A stretch of DNA of 64,000 bases from Flavobacteriales bacterium (GTDB taxonomy: Bacteria; Bacteroidota; Bacteroidia; Flavobacteriales; UBA7430), in contig CBFIGX010000007.1 in NCBI GenBank assembly GCA_965662265.1, forward strand, positions 34,775 to 98,774, given 5' to 3'. The position numbers and the translations under genes were made by a program. Below the pieces are notes generated by a model. That model ran no database searches and had not been told where the DNA came from. It saw only the letters and a list, made by a program, of their open reading frames with translations. The stretch's first letter is position 1. Each line of letters opens with the position of its first letter. Shown piece after piece: positions 63,040-64,000 of this stretch.

Positions 63040-64000
63040 GATTTTTTAAATAAGTCTATAAGTTTGTTAGACGCTAAAAAAGGGCTAGTTTTCCCTTGTA
63101 TTACATCTTTCGTTAAATTTTTTAATTCTTTTTGAATTTTAGGATTCGAATAAAATAGCTGAGAAAGTTCATCTTGTATACTCTCGTTGAGCCAATATTG
63201 AGCTTGTTCTTTCCTTTTCTCGAAAAAGTGTTTATTAACGATGCAATGATTCTTATAACTTTCTATAATACTCCATATTTTATCAATTCCTTGATTTTCT
63301 ATGGAAGAGCAACTGGTTACTTTTGGAATCCAGCCATTGTTTTTTGGTGGAAATAAATGTATGGCACTTTTGTAATCTCCAACGGCAGTTGTACTTTTTT
63401 GAATATTATCTCCATCAGCTTTAGTAATAGCAATTGCGTCTGCCATTTCCATAATACCGCGCTTTATCCCTTGCAAGTCGTCTCCTGCTCCAGCTAACAT
63501 TAATAAAAGGAAGAAATCTACCATAGAGTGAACAGCTGTTTCTGATTGTCCTACACCCACAGTTTCAATTAAAATCACTTCATAGCCTGCAGCTTCACAA
63601 AGTAAAATACTTTCTCTTGTTTTCTTGGCAACCCCACCTAAAGATCCTGCTGTTGGCGAAGGACGAATAAATGCATGCTCAGATCTGCTTAACATTTCCA
63701 TGCGTGTCTTATCACCTAAAATACTTCCTAGTCCTTCTTCGCTACTTGGATCTATTGCAAGAACTGCTAATTTTTTGTTTTGCATACACACATACTGTCC
63801 GAAACTCTCAATAAAAGTGCTTTTGCCTACTCCAGGCACTCCGGTTATTCCAATGCGGACAGAGTTGCCCGAATGAGGCATACAAAACTCTAAAATTTGT
63901 TGCGCCAAGACCCTATGATCTTTTCGAGTACTCTCTATAAGAGTAATAGCTCGGCCAAGCATCGATCTGTCTCCAGAAATTATTGCATCAGCATATTCTT
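63036..64000 (-). CDS. meaB: Methylmalonyl-CoA mutase-associated GTPase MeaB/ArgK (5' end lies outside the window)
   Basis: P-loop GVPGVGKST, VILIETVGVGQSE, ITKADG. The frame stays open upstream of the ORF-track Met (…EYADAIISGDRS-MLGRAITLIES), so the true start is beyond position 64000. Confidence 0.9.
   Translation of the reverse strand, partial: EYADAIISGDRSMLGRAITLIESTRKDHRVLAQQILEFCMPHSGNSVRIGITGVPGVGKSTFIESFGQYVCMQNKKLAVLAIDPSSEEGLGSILGDKTRMEMLSRSEHAFIRPSPTAGSLGGVAKKTRESILLCEAAGYEVILIETVGVGQSETAVHSMVDFFLLLMLAGAGDDLQGIKRGIMEMADAIAITKADGDNIQKSTTAVGDYKSAIHLFPPKNNGWIPKVTSCSSIENQGIDKIWSIIESYKNHCIVNKHFFEKRKEQAQYWLNESIQDELSQLFYSNPKIQKELKNLTKDVIQGKTSPFLASNKLIDLFKKS

Overview
AT-rich, gene-dense core chromosome segment: 52 CDS and 4 tRNAs called, with no rRNA, CRISPR array, IS element or transposase seen. 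It most likely comes from a Bacteroidota (Flavobacteriia-like) genome. That is inferred from T9SS type-A and type-B C-terminal sorting domains, a fused SecDF, a type III glutamine synthetase, TAnnTTTG-type -7 boxes, and the rpsU/XerC-like/hpf/tRNA/tuf/tRNA-Trp/secE/nusG/rplKAJL/rpoBC layout. The window runs from rplI(3' end)-gyrB through mdh, secDF-tatA, two glutamine synthetases, purM-prfA-pyrF, comEA-apt-acyl-CoA dehydrogenase, the translation/transcription supercluster (30.6-45.5 kb), nth, lpdA, pabB-tilS-dsbD-gmhA and a partial meaB. I did not find a convincing novel multi-gene system such as a defence island, retroelement or toxin-antitoxin pair. The more interesting items are: (i) tandem paralogous T9SS type-B cargo genes with a P-domain-like module but no protease domain (2451-6956); (ii) a mosaic secreted DUF3105 protein with a receptor-L-like segment, a duplicated Cys motif and an internal C-terminal repeat (46432-48063); (iii) an orphan 136-aa ORF coupled by ATGA overlap to meaB and overlapping gmhA convergently (62629-63039); (iv) a 570-bp poorly coding stretch with hydrophobic micro-ORFs after a DUF2851/PspC-like pair (25197-25767); (v) intrinsic-terminator-like hairpins that repeatedly end 0-26 nt before the next same-strand gene. 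All family assignments come from motif recognition by eye; no searches were run.
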